The notes beneath the pieces are model-generated. The model was given only the letters and a program-made list of their open reading frames with translations, made no database searches and was not told the DNA's origin. Shown here one piece after another: positions 38,710 to 47,607 of a DNA stretch of 64,000 bases. The DNA comes from Spirochaetales bacterium (GTDB lineage Bacteria; Spirochaetota; Spirochaetia; JABEVK01): positions 332,471 through 396,470 of the forward strand of contig JBAXAI010000001.1 in NCBI GenBank assembly GCA_037142615.1. Direction: 5' to 3'. The position numbers were made by a program, and so were the translations under genes. Within the stretch, counting starts at the first letter, position 1. Each line of letters starts with the position of its first letter.

Positions 38710-39930
38710 CTAGAAAAGTTCCGAATCCTCGGCCGTCGCGGGCGCCACAGGGACTACGGTAACCTTCGCGGCCTTGGTCTTCGGAGGCTCCAGGCCTGCC
38801 CCGGCTACCAGTGCCGCTGCGGCCAGCGCGTCGGCCGCGATGCGGTTGTTCACCGTCCCCAGGGGCTGGGAACCCGGAATGTCCCGATCCGGGAAAATCA
38901 GTTTGCGGAGCTTCTCTTCCAGGGTCTTGCTCAGTGCGACGTTTTTCTGGAGGAAGTCGCGCGCATTCTCGCGACCCTGCCCGATCCGTTCTTCACCGAA
39001 AGAGAACCAGGAACCGCTTTTTTGGACCAATTCAAACTTGAGCGCGCAGTCAAGAAGACTGCCGTAGTAGGAGATTCCCTGGCCAAACAGAATTTCAACC
39101 TCGGCTTTCCGGAAGGGAGGTGCAACCTTGTTTTTGACAACCTTGACCCGAACCAAGTTTCCAATGGCCTCATCCTGGCCCTTGTTGATGGTTTCAACCT
39201 TGCGAACGTCAAGGCGGACCGAAGCATAGAACTTGAGAGCGTTCCCTCCCGTGGTCGTTTCGGGATTGCCGAACATGACCCCAATCTTCATTCGGATTTG
39301 ATTGATGAAGATAAGGACGGCCCCCGACTTGGAAATAGTGCCCGTCAATTTCCGCAGGGCCTGACTCATCAATCGAGCCTGCAGACCGACGTGGGAGTCC
39401 CCCATTTCACCGTCAATTTCCGCTTGCGGTGTGAGGGCCGCGACAGAGTCTACAACGATGATATCAACGCCGCCGGAACGGACCAGCGACTCGGTGATTT
39501 CAAGGGCCTGCTCCCCGGTGTCGGGCTGACTGACCCACAGTTCCTCAATGTTCACGCCGAGGTTCTTGGCGTAGCCGGGATCAAGAGCATGTTCAGCGTC
39601 GATAAAGGCTGCCACCCCTCCGTTCTTTTGCGCCTGAGCGATGGCGTGCAAGGCCAACGTCGTTTTTCCAGACGACTCCGGCCCAAAGATTTCGATGATT
39701 CGACCCTTGGGGTAACCACCGATCCCGAGCGCCTCGTCAATGAGAATAGACCCCGAAGGGATGACTTCCAGCCCCTGCCCTATGGGTCCGTCACCCATTC
39801 GGATCAGCGAGCCCTTGCCAAACTGTTTCTCGATCTGGAGTCTAGCGGCGTCGAGCGCCTTGGACTTCTCTTCTTGATTGCCGGTACGCGAGGCTGTCAA
39901 AATGGGCGTTGTTTCTTTTTTGCTGGACAT
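38710..39930 (-). CDS. recA: Recombinase RecA
   Basis: [23 protein letters not shown]...[20 protein letters not shown], then the L1/L2 loops and a long Ala/Pro-rich C-terminal tail. Confidence 0.95.
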   Translation of the reverse strand: MSSKKETTPILTASRTGNQEEKSKALDAARLQIEKQFGKGSLIRMGDGPIGQGLEVIPSGSILIDEALGIGGYPKGRIIEIFGPESSGKTTLALHAIAQAQKNGGVAAFIDAEHALDPGYAKNLGVNIEELWVSQPDTGEQALEITESLVRSGGVDIIVVDSVAALTPQAEIDGEMGDSHVGLQARLMSQALRKLTGTISKSGAVLIFINQIRMKIGVMFGNPETTTGGNALKFYASVRLDVRKVETINKGQDEAIGNLVRVKVVKNKVAPPFRKAEVEILFGQGISYYGSLLDCALKFELVQKSGSWFSFGEERIGQGRENARDFLQKNVALSKTLEEKLRKLIFPDRDIPGSQPLGTVNNRIAADALAAAALVAGAGLEPPKTKAAKVTVVPVAPATAEDSELF

Positions 39931-40032
39931 GGTCAGGTCTCCTTGCCCTTCCAGACGGAAGGGTACGGCGTCTTGCTTGAGACGTTGGCAAAGAATCTAC
40001 TCGGAATCCGGAGAATTGACAAGGAAACGGTA

Positions 40033-41136
40033 CTACGGGGATCGATAACCGACGACATGGATTCCCCGTGATTCGACGCTCCAGTGGCTACCCTCTACCT
40101 TCACCTGACCCAGAACGTCGACGACTTGGGAGTTCTTCAGAAGCGCTGCAAACCCGAGGTGGACGGGAACAACACCTTCGACGACTTGTCCGTCCTGGTA
40201 ACCCACTAACAGATCCAGGGTAATGGCGTCCGTTCCGCTCATCAGGTTGGAAACGACGCCCTTCCACTGCACGGTGCAACCCTCGTAGAGTTCCGGAAAG
40301 GCCTGAACGTCCCGAAAGTCGGCCGAAACTTCGGGTCGTGCGAAGTCAGGGACGTGGAGAAACGTCAGCAGCGTCCTGACCCGTTCTTTGGTGGCCGCAG
40401 GGGCATTTGACAAAAGAATCCGGTTGATCTCAAGCCGACAAAGCGAATCTTGGTAGTCTTGGAAGTACTTTTGGAGCTTTGTGAGGTGTTCGCGAAGCTC
40501 GTCTGCAGTCAGCGACACCCGGAAGGCCCCGGAATCCAGTAAAGGGGCCTCGGAAATGCTAGTGGAACTGAGCGCAAGGGAACCTTCGCGAACGCTGCCC
40601 ACAGGCACAGGCAGCCAACTGACACCCCACCAGATTCCCAGCGCCACACAGGGAATCAAGACGAGCACTCCGGTTACCAAGGGAATCCAACGCGGAAGTG
40701 CCACACTGCCTTTCCGTTTGGCTGCCCGGGGCAAGAGTGGATTGGTATCCAGAACCAACCTGCCTCCGGTCTCGGGCCCGCTGAGATACTCCCGCAGGCG
40801 CTCAAGGGCTTTTCGAGCGGGTCGGCACCCGGGGTTCTCATCCAGGACTTCCAGCGCTACCTTTACAGCCCCCGGATAGTCTTTGTTTCGGGCATTCACG
40901 GCGATGAGGGCCAAGAGGACTTGCTGGCGGTCGTCAGGTTCCAGCTGAAGTGCTCGCTCCAGATAGGTTTGCCCCCCCTTCCAGTCCCCGGCTCTCAGGC
41001 AGCAAAGGCCCAGAACCCGGTAAAAATCAGGATTGTTGCGGTTGCTAAGGATCTGAGGCTCAAGGAAGGAAATAGCCTCAGGAAAGCGTCCTCGCCGGTA
41101 GAGTTGCCAGGCCTGATCGAGGCGCGGATCGTCCAT
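40033..41136 (-). CDS. TPR-repeat protein with internal TM segment, hypothetical
   Basis: N-terminal TPR-like repeats (YRVLGLCCLRAGDWKGGQTYLERALQLEPDD), a TM helix LVTGVLVLIPCVALGIWWGV, and a C-terminal domain of unknown function. Confidence 0.5.
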   Translation of the reverse strand: MDDPRLDQAWQLYRRGRFPEAISFLEPQILSNRNNPDFYRVLGLCCLRAGDWKGGQTYLERALQLEPDDRQQVLLALIAVNARNKDYPGAVKVALEVLDENPGCRPARKALERLREYLSGPETGGRLVLDTNPLLPRAAKRKGSVALPRWIPLVTGVLVLIPCVALGIWWGVSWLPVPVGSVREGSLALSSTSISEAPLLDSGAFRVSLTADELREHLTKLQKYFQDYQDSLCRLEINRILLSNAPAATKERVRTLLTFLHVPDFARPEVSADFRDVQAFPELYEGCTVQWKGVVSNLMSGTDAITLDLLVGYQDGQVVEGVVPVHLGFAALLKNSQVVDVLGQVKVEGSHWSVESRGIHVVGYRSP

Positions 41137-41141
41137 GGACC

Positions 41142-42209
41142 TCAGGGCTGCACAGCCGCTGCCGCCGGTGTTGTCAGGCTGGACTTGTGGGACTCCAACT
41201 GCTCGAGAATCGCCTTGAAGAGTTTAAGGTCCTCGTCGGTCACCTTGGTCGCATCGACCAGTTTGGCGTTGATCTGAGTCATCAGGTTCTCAAGGCTTTG
41301 GAGGTCTTGCTTGACGAGTGAGGCACCGCCCCCTTCCTGCGTTCGACTTTCTTGCAGCAGATCGCTCAGAACGTTGGCGGTTCCAACCTTTGCGCCCGCG
41401 AAAGTGATCGCCGAGCGGTTCCCGAACATGAGCACGATGTCGCGGCTTGCTCCGGGCGCCAGGTCCTGCGCATCATAGTACTGGGCGACAGCAGAATCGT
41501 TGTAGCTGTACGGCAATTGATTGAAATCGCGCCCTTGGCGGAAGGCCATTTCCCAACTTGCATCGTCCAGTCGTTTCCAGTTGGCAAACACCAGCCTCGA
41601 AGGTGTCGTGGCCCCCTTGCCCAGCATCATCAACAACCCGATCTTCTCGTCCGTGGAAGAAGGACTAACCCACCAGTCCGGCAAGTTCCCTTCAAGCTTG
41701 CTTTCCGAGTTCACCGTTTCGCCGCCAGAAAGCTTGAAATGGTCCTTCTTCTCGCCCAGATTTGTGTCGATTCCAACGCGTACGGCAGGTCTCAACGTCT
41801 GCGTATCGGAGAGATTCGTCAGCGAGAGCGTTTCTTTGACTCCGTCGGCCACCGAAGAGGCGGCAGACGTAAGGAACTCAAAGGTCTGAGTCACCTTCAA
41901 AGTCTTTCCGGTCCACACGATTTTTCCCCCGACGGCGGTTGTTTCGGCGACGGGTACGTACGTGGAGTCTTCTCCGAGCACCGAGACCTTGTCTCCGAGC
42001 TGAATCTTGATTTTGGAAGTCGCCGGGTCGTCCGACGAATAAAGCGCAACAGGTACGGGATTGGCGATGTCGTCGGTGTAGATAACAGTCATGCGGCCAT
42101 TCTTGTCGCCCACATTCAGTTTGATCTTGCCTCGCTGAAGCTCAAAGCCGGTGGAAACGCCCGAAAATAGCGCGAGGGAAACAAGTGCAAAGACAACTTT
42201 ATTTCGCAT
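41142..42209 (-). CDS. Secreted hypothetical protein (355 aa)
   Basis: Signal peptide MRNKVVFALVSLALFSGVSTG. Beta-rich, Asp/Ser/Thr-rich sequence with no recognisable family. Overlaps both neighbours. Confidence 0.45.
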   Translation of the reverse strand: MRNKVVFALVSLALFSGVSTGFELQRGKIKLNVGDKNGRMTVIYTDDIANPVPVALYSSDDPATSKIKIQLGDKVSVLGEDSTYVPVAETTAVGGKIVWTGKTLKVTQTFEFLTSAASSVADGVKETLSLTNLSDTQTLRPAVRVGIDTNLGEKKDHFKLSGGETVNSESKLEGNLPDWWVSPSSTDEKIGLLMMLGKGATTPSRLVFANWKRLDDASWEMAFRQGRDFNQLPYSYNDSAVAQYYDAQDLAPGASRDIVLMFGNRSAITFAGAKVGTANVLSDLLQESRTQEGGGASLVKQDLQSLENLMTQINAKLVDATKVTDEDLKLFKAILEQLESHKSSLTTPAAAAVQP

Positions 42210-43107
42210 TTTGATCCTTCCAAGTCAGATAGAAGGACTTCAGGTCCAGCGCCCGGGACTTGAGCTCCAGAAGGGCAATGGTCTTGCTTTGGTCTGCCGC
42301 CTCGGTTACGACCCTCTCGGCACCCCCGGCCATCTGCACCTTGAGCGCAGCGATCTGCGCATCCTTCTGCTTGATCGTTTCTTCCAGGGTCGTCGTTCGG
42401 GCCCCCGTGTCGGTTGCCTGCAACTCGAGCAACTTCTTTTGGTAGGTCGCCAGCGACTGCTGGTAGGCTTTTTCACGCCGCTGAAACTCTTCTGCCGAGT
42501 TCATGGATTCGGTGTGGGACCACTGGAGAAGTTTCATCAGCTCATCCTCCCGTTGCTTCAGACTGATAACCGCCAGTCGGTACCGACTGGCTTCCAGCTT
42601 GAAGCTCGAGGGATAGCCCTGAACGATCCGGTTGTAGAAAACCGCGGCATCCTGATAGCGACCTAGGGACCAAGCCGACTCACCCATCCAGAACAGGGCG
42701 TTTGCCACCAGTTCACCGGTAGGCGAGATTTCCAGAAACTGTCCGAAGGCCTGCAAGGCCTTTTCAAAGTCATTCTGGGAGTAGGCGATGCGTCCTTTGA
42801 CGTAGGCCGCTTCCGTTTGACCAACGTCGCGGGGGAAGGTCTGGATGTAGTAGTCGAGATTGAGCGTCGCGTTGCCCGTATCGAGCAACGCCAAGTAGGT
42901 CTTGGACAACCAGAGGTAAGAGTCAGGGACGGCCCGAGTGGCCGGGTCTGCGACGACTTGCTGAAACAGACTAAGAGCCGACAGGTACTCGCCCCGCGAA
43001 TAGTAGTCCCTTCCCTGCTCGAGGAGCTTGAGCGAAGTGGAGTCGGTCTGGGCTTGAGCCAAGCTGGAACAGGCCAACAAGAGTGCTAGGAGAACGCTAC
43101 GGATCAT
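42199..43107 (-). CDS. Secreted TPR-repeat protein with C-terminal coiled coil
   Basis: Signal peptide MIRSVLLALLLACSSLAQAQ. TPR repeats (YLWLSKTYLALLDTGNA, AAYVKGRIAYSQNDFEKALQAFGQFL, ALFWMGESAWSLGRYQDAAVFYNRIV) and a coiled-coil tail. Confidence 0.5.
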   Translation of the reverse strand: MIRSVLLALLLACSSLAQAQTDSTSLKLLEQGRDYYSRGEYLSALSLFQQVVADPATRAVPDSYLWLSKTYLALLDTGNATLNLDYYIQTFPRDVGQTEAAYVKGRIAYSQNDFEKALQAFGQFLEISPTGELVANALFWMGESAWSLGRYQDAAVFYNRIVQGYPSSFKLEASRYRLAVISLKQREDELMKLLQWSHTESMNSAEEFQRREKAYQQSLATYQKKLLELQATDTGARTTTLEETIKQKDAQIAALKVQMAGGAERVVTEAADQSKTIALLELKSRALDLKSFYLTWKDQNAK

Positions 43108-43110
43108 TAT

Positions 43111-43779
43111 TCACCGCCTCAAAGACTTCAGTTGCCGAAGATACCCGGCCTGGTCGGGGGAATCGAAGAAGGCCGAACCCGTTACAAGAATATCGGCACC
43201 GGCCTTCACAATCTCAACGGCCGTCGTGGCGTTTACTCCGCCGTCGATGGAGATGCGAAACTTGTAGCCGCCTTGACTGCGGAGTTCTGCCAGACGAGCC
43301 AAACGCCCACTCGTCTCAGGAAGGTACTTCTGCCCACCAAAACCAGGGTTGATTCCCATGACAAGCACGAGATCCAAGTAGGGAAGCAGCGCGCTCAAGT
43401 GTTCTATCGGGGTCGAGGGAACCAGCGAGATACCCGCAAGCTTGCCGGCATCATGGATTCGTTGGACAAGTCGGTGATGATGTACGGCCGCTTCCCAATG
43501 AAACGTGACCGCGTCGGCGCCCGCCTGGATGTAGTTCTCGAGCAGGGCCTCGGGATGTTCCACCATCAGGTGGACGTCAAAGAACAAATCACTATGCTTG
43601 CGCATCGCCTGGATGAGTGGCGGACCAAAGGTCAGGTTGGGGACAAAATGGCCATCCATCACATCGAGGTGGATCCAAGACGCTCCAGCCGACTTGACCC
43701 GGGCCAACTCCTGAGCCAGGAACGCGAAGTCGGCCGACAGGAGCGAAGGCGCGGGGATAATCGAGTTTAGTTGTTCCAT
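43111..43779 (-). CDS. rpe: Ribulose-phosphate 3-epimerase
   Basis: IIPAPSLLSADFAFLAQEL...HLDVMDGHFVPNLTFGPP...MGINPGFGGQKY. Start set to MEQLNS (ATG at 43777-43779) because the longer ORF has a non-homologous N-terminal extension. Confidence 0.85.
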   Translation of the reverse strand: MEQLNSIIPAPSLLSADFAFLAQELARVKSAGASWIHLDVMDGHFVPNLTFGPPLIQAMRKHSDLFFDVHLMVEHPEALLENYIQAGADAVTFHWEAAVHHHRLVQRIHDAGKLAGISLVPSTPIEHLSALLPYLDLVLVMGINPGFGGQKYLPETSGRLARLAELRSQGGYKFRISIDGGVNATTAVEIVKAGADILVTGSAFFDSPDQAGYLRQLKSLRR

Positions 43780-43841
43780 AACTCTATTTCTAACAAAAAA
43801 ATGGGTCCCCCGTCCAGAATATTCGAAGAAAAACGCCTGAA

Positions 43842-43869
43842 TTGACTTAAATCCCGTCTTGGGTATAAT
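43842..43869 (+). promoter_or_regulatory. Candidate sigma-70 promoter for the hypothetical gene - greA operon
   Basis: TTGACT - 16 nt - TATAAT, 15 nt upstream of the ATG at 43885, in the divergent intergenic region with rpe. Confidence 0.45.
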
Positions 43870-43884
43870 GAAAAGGAAACCCTG

Positions 43885-44865
43885 ATGAAATCCGTTGCCG
43901 AAGATACCATCGCCAGTTCCGGTCAAAACCCGCTTTCGCGCCTCGACGACATCCTCCGGATTTCGTGCCTCAGCCTCCGATCAGGGAACTTTTCGGAAGC
44001 TGAAACAGTGGCTGAACAGGGTTTGGCCTTGGATTTCGAGGAGCCACGGGTCCTAGCCACGTTGAAGTGTGCAGTATTTTGGAAGGATCGGGCCACGCGT
44101 GTTGGCCTGATGACGGTTCCCGAGCAACGCGCCGACTATTTGTTGCGGGAATTGACAGGGTTTGAACGTCGATTCGTACCTCATCTGGATTGCCTGCTGG
44201 AAGAAGGGGTCGATGCAATCCGGCAATTCGTCTATCAACAGGCTGCCAGGTCCTTTCTCGAGCAGATCCCGTTCGAGGACGAGTCCAGAAAACCAGTGCT
44301 CTTGGTTAAGGCTGCCCGGGCCTTCAAGTGCAATGGTGACTTCGACAAGGCAATCGCCCACTTGGAAGAGGCACTTCAACTCCAAAAAGATGATTCTGCA
44401 TCCTTGGCTGAGATGGGTGACTGTTTCGAGATGACCAACGAGACCCGGAAGGCCAAGCTCTTCTTCCGGGAAGCCTTCTATTTGGGTGCCCAGGCCATTG
44501 ACTTGGAGTGTTTGCGTTCTGGAATGATCACAGAAGTCGTCGCCTCTCTGTCGAGTTGGGGCTACGGTCCCGAGGAACTGAAAGAATGGCTTCCGGTGCA
44601 TGCCGTTATCAGGGGTGCCTTCAACGTCAAGCGGGAACTCAAACCCTTGGAACTTGGGCACCTGAAGCAGGCTATCAACACCCTGAAGAACGAAATCCAG
44701 CTGAAGTCTCCCCAGCGTTCTTTGCTGGTACCACGGTTGATCAACAAGTATTTCTGGCTGATCGACCACTACTTGAGCGTCAAGGAAGAGCGGAACAAGA
44801 TTGAAGATGTTCTGCTCAATATCAAACTGCTTGACCCTCAAATCCATGAGCTGTACACCCACTAA
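43885..44865 (+). CDS. Hypothetical helical (TPR-like) protein
   Basis: 326-aa ORF, coding-like, with no recognisable catalytic motif. Immediately upstream of greA. Confidence 0.45.
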   Translation: MKSVAEDTIASSGQNPLSRLDDILRISCLSLRSGNFSEAETVAEQGLALDFEEPRVLATLKCAVFWKDRATRVGLMTVPEQRADYLLRELTGFERRFVPHLDCLLEEGVDAIRQFVYQQAARSFLEQIPFEDESRKPVLLVKAARAFKCNGDFDKAIAHLEEALQLQKDDSASLAEMGDCFEMTNETRKAKLFFREAFYLGAQAIDLECLRSGMITEVVASLSSWGYGPEELKEWLPVHAVIRGAFNVKRELKPLELGHLKQAINTLKNEIQLKSPQRSLLVPRLINKYFWLIDHYLSVKEERNKIEDVLLNIKLLDPQIHELYTH

Positions 44866-44880
44866 CCCAGGAGAAGAAGG

Positions 44881-47565
44881 ATGTCCGAAGAATTGATCAC
44901 GAAAATTGAGCAGATGCTGCATGAGGAAAAGTGGACGCGGACAGCGATCGGCGCTTACACGGTCACCCTCATCAAGGAACTGGACGCTCTCCTGACCCAA
45001 GTTGTGGATGCCAGCGCTCAGGAGGCAGTGCAGGAACTCTGCGAAGCCCACCTTGGAGAATCGAAAAACAGCATCGTCGCCCTCTATTTGTCGGGGATGC
45101 TGGCGTTGGAAAGGCAGATGCTGGACGATGCCCATCTCGTTAAGCTTGTGAACCTTTTCGCCCAGAACCTGAAGTGGCCCTTGGTAGAGCATATCTGCGA
45201 TCAGATTCTGAAGTACGGCGAGAACAAGTTTGCTCTGCGCAGCCTGATCGACTGCTACAAGAATGAGAGCAATGAGACCAGCCTCCACGATATTGAAGAA
45301 CGGCTGATCAAGGTCGATATTGAGGAAGCGGACATTGTTTTCAGTCTGGCTCAGCGCTTTGAGAAGGAAAAGAATCAGGCAAAGGCCGTGGAATACTACA
45401 AGAAAGGTATCCATCGCTTCATTTTCAAAAAGAACTTCAACCGCATCCGGGAAATCTGGCTCAAGCTGATTGAGTTTTGTCCGGACGAGACTGAGTACTT
45501 TGCTCAGGTAGAGCAGAAAGTCGCAAAGCTACTGGGAGCCGAGAAGGCCTGCCAACTGCTTGAGGACTTGTATCCACTGTTCCTTCAGAACAAGAAATAT
45601 GACGACGCCATTCAAGCCCAGTTACGCATCAGTCTTTACGAGCCAAAATCGCCCCAAGTCCGCCGTGAGATTATCTCGTGCCTCAAGTTGAAGTTTGCCG
45701 CCAACTCAAAAACCGAAGAATACCTGAGACTTTCGAACATCGGTGACAGTTGGAAGAGCGTGGCCGATGCTCTCGAGGATTTCAAGAAGCAAATGGCCTA
45801 CGAAAAGGGCAATTTTGTTTACCACAAGGCTTGGGGTGTTGGTCGCATCCGCGAGGTGCGAGACCAAGACTACCTGATCGACTTTGAAACCCAACGGAAC
45901 CAGAGTATGGGTCAGAAGATGGCAGTCGAAGCGCTGACGAGTCTGGAACGGGATGACATCCGCGTTCTGGCCGCGACTACAAAGCGCGAGGAACTTGCCA
46001 AGAAGATCAAGACCAACCCGGACTGGGCGCTCAAGATCTTGATTCGGAGTTTCGGCAACAAGGCCGACATGAAAGTCATCAAGGCTGTACTGGTTCCCAA
46101 GGTGCTGGAAGAACGTGAATGGACGACTTGGAGCACCAACGCCCGTAACCTCATCAAGGAGAGTACGGACTACGCGCTGAGCCCTGACAAACAAGATGAG
46201 TTCATGGTGCGAACGCAGCCGATTACCAAAGAAGAGAAAATCTACAATAAGTTCAAAGCTGAAAAGGACTTCTTCAAACGTGTTGCGGTCCTGGAAGAGT
46301 TCCTAGTCCATGGAAACAAGGAATCAGACTACTTTGGCGAACTGTTTTCCAGTTTCAGCAGCTACCTGAAATCCAACAAGGTCAATGAAGAAGTTATCGC
46401 TTCTTTTCTGCTCATCCAGGAACACTCGAAGGCCTTTCCCTTCATCAATCCGGGTACCAACCGCACGTTCATCGACTACTTCAACCAGATCGAGGAGCTT
46501 GAGCCCCTCTACCGGTCGCTGAACAATGCGGAACTGCGCGGCATTTTCCTGCATCAGGTCAAGTTAACTGTCCCCAATTGGGATCAGGTGTTTGTAAGGC
46601 TGTTTCCTATCACCCCAACCATGAGGATCATCGAAAACCTCAAAGGCGCAGGCAAGTCGGATGTGGTGCACAAGTTGTTCGAAGATCTCATGGAAAAGCA
46701 CAAGGATCTCAAAGAGCCCTTCTTTCATGCCGCCAAGATGGCCCTCGAAGGCAAGATTCCTTTCGGTGGCCGACTGACTGAGGAAAAGCTTATGATCACG
46801 CTTGTCCACGACTTGGACCTCACGTTCCGCGACATTCAGAACAAGAAAGACGTCACGGAAAACAAAAGGATCAACAAGCTCATCTTGGCGTTCCTCTTCA
46901 AGGACAAGGTGCTCGAAAAGTATCTGGAAGTCGCCGCCGAAGAGTCCGTTCGCCGCCTGTTCTCGCTGATTCAGGACGTACGCGACTTGAATGCGAACCT
47001 CAAGCAGGACGTGAAGGCCACCATTGCAGTCCGGTTTCCGAACTTGGTCGCCGCGGGTGAACCGCTTCCGATGGCAGTGTCCTCCCGCAAGGGCATCATG
47101 ACCACGCTCAAGATGTTCAACTCGAAGACCAAGGAACGTCAGAACATCGTCGACATCGAAGTTCCGAAGAATTCCAAGGAAATCGGTGATGCCATGGCCT
47201 TGGGCGACCTTAAGGAAAATGCCGAGTACCATGCTGCGAAAGAGCGTCAGACCATGCTGAGCGCGACGCTTACAACGCTCAACAAGGAACTCGAATCAGC
47301 AACGGTCATCGAACCTTCCGAAGTTGATCTCAGCAAAGTTTCTTTCGGGACAACGGTGACGCTGGTCAGCAATCTTGATAAGAAAACGGAAACCTACACA
47401 ATCCTGGGACCCTGGGAGTCGGATCCCGCGCATAACATTATCTCGTACCTGTCACCATTTGGCGATAAGCTGCTCGGGAGCAAGGTGGGTGAAGCCCTGA
47501 AGTTCACGATCAACGAGCGAAAGTGTGACTACGTGGTGAAGTCGGTGCTGGCAGCTAAGTTCTAG
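44881..47565 (+). CDS. greA: Transcription elongation factor GreA, long (spirochete-type) form with about 730-aa N-terminal extension
   Basis: The C-terminal about 160 aa carry the GreA signature ALGDLKENAEYHAAKERQ plus an FKBP-like C-domain (VSFGTTVTL...YTILGPWESD). The N-terminal region has no recognised family. Confidence 0.75.
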   Translation: MSEELITKIEQMLHEEKWTRTAIGAYTVTLIKELDALLTQVVDASAQEAVQELCEAHLGESKNSIVALYLSGMLALERQMLDDAHLVKLVNLFAQNLKWPLVEHICDQILKYGENKFALRSLIDCYKNESNETSLHDIEERLIKVDIEEADIVFSLAQRFEKEKNQAKAVEYYKKGIHRFIFKKNFNRIREIWLKLIEFCPDETEYFAQVEQKVAKLLGAEKACQLLEDLYPLFLQNKKYDDAIQAQLRISLYEPKSPQVRREIISCLKLKFAANSKTEEYLRLSNIGDSWKSVADALEDFKKQMAYEKGNFVYHKAWGVGRIREVRDQDYLIDFETQRNQSMGQKMAVEALTSLERDDIRVLAATTKREELAKKIKTNPDWALKILIRSFGNKADMKVIKAVLVPKVLEEREWTTWSTNARNLIKESTDYALSPDKQDEFMVRTQPITKEEKIYNKFKAEKDFFKRVAVLEEFLVHGNKESDYFGELFSSFSSYLKSNKVNEEVIASFLLIQEHSKAFPFINPGTNRTFIDYFNQIEELEPLYRSLNNAELRGIFLHQVKLTVPNWDQVFVRLFPITPTMRIIENLKGAGKSDVVHKLFEDLMEKHKDLKEPFFHAAKMALEGKIPFGGRLTEEKLMITLVHDLDLTFRDIQNKKDVTENKRINKLILAFLFKDKVLEKYLEVAAEESVRRLFSLIQDVRDLNANLKQDVKATIAVRFPNLVAAGEPLPMAVSSRKGIMTTLKMFNSKTKERQNIVDIEVPKNSKEIGDAMALGDLKENAEYHAAKERQTMLSATLTTLNKELESATVIEPSEVDLSKVSFGTTVTLVSNLDKKTETYTILGPWESDPAHNIISYLSPFGDKLLGSKVGEALKFTINERKCDYVVKSVLAAKF

Positions 47566-47570
47566 GTGAC

Positions 47571-47588
47571 GCCGGCCTCCGGGCCGGC
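47571..47588. terminator. GC-rich hairpin between convergent greA and HEAT-protein genes (possible terminator, no clear U-tract)
   Basis: GCCGGCC-TCCG-GGCCGGC, perfect 7-bp stem. Confidence 0.3.
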
Positions 47589-47607
47589 TAGTTCCTTGTC
47601 CAGGCGG

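Noticed and set aside
43780-43926. 49-aa N-terminal extension of rpe
   Set aside because: The extension has no similarity to Rpe and would run through the divergent promoter region. MEQLNSIIPAPSLLSADF matches the canonical Rpe N-terminus.
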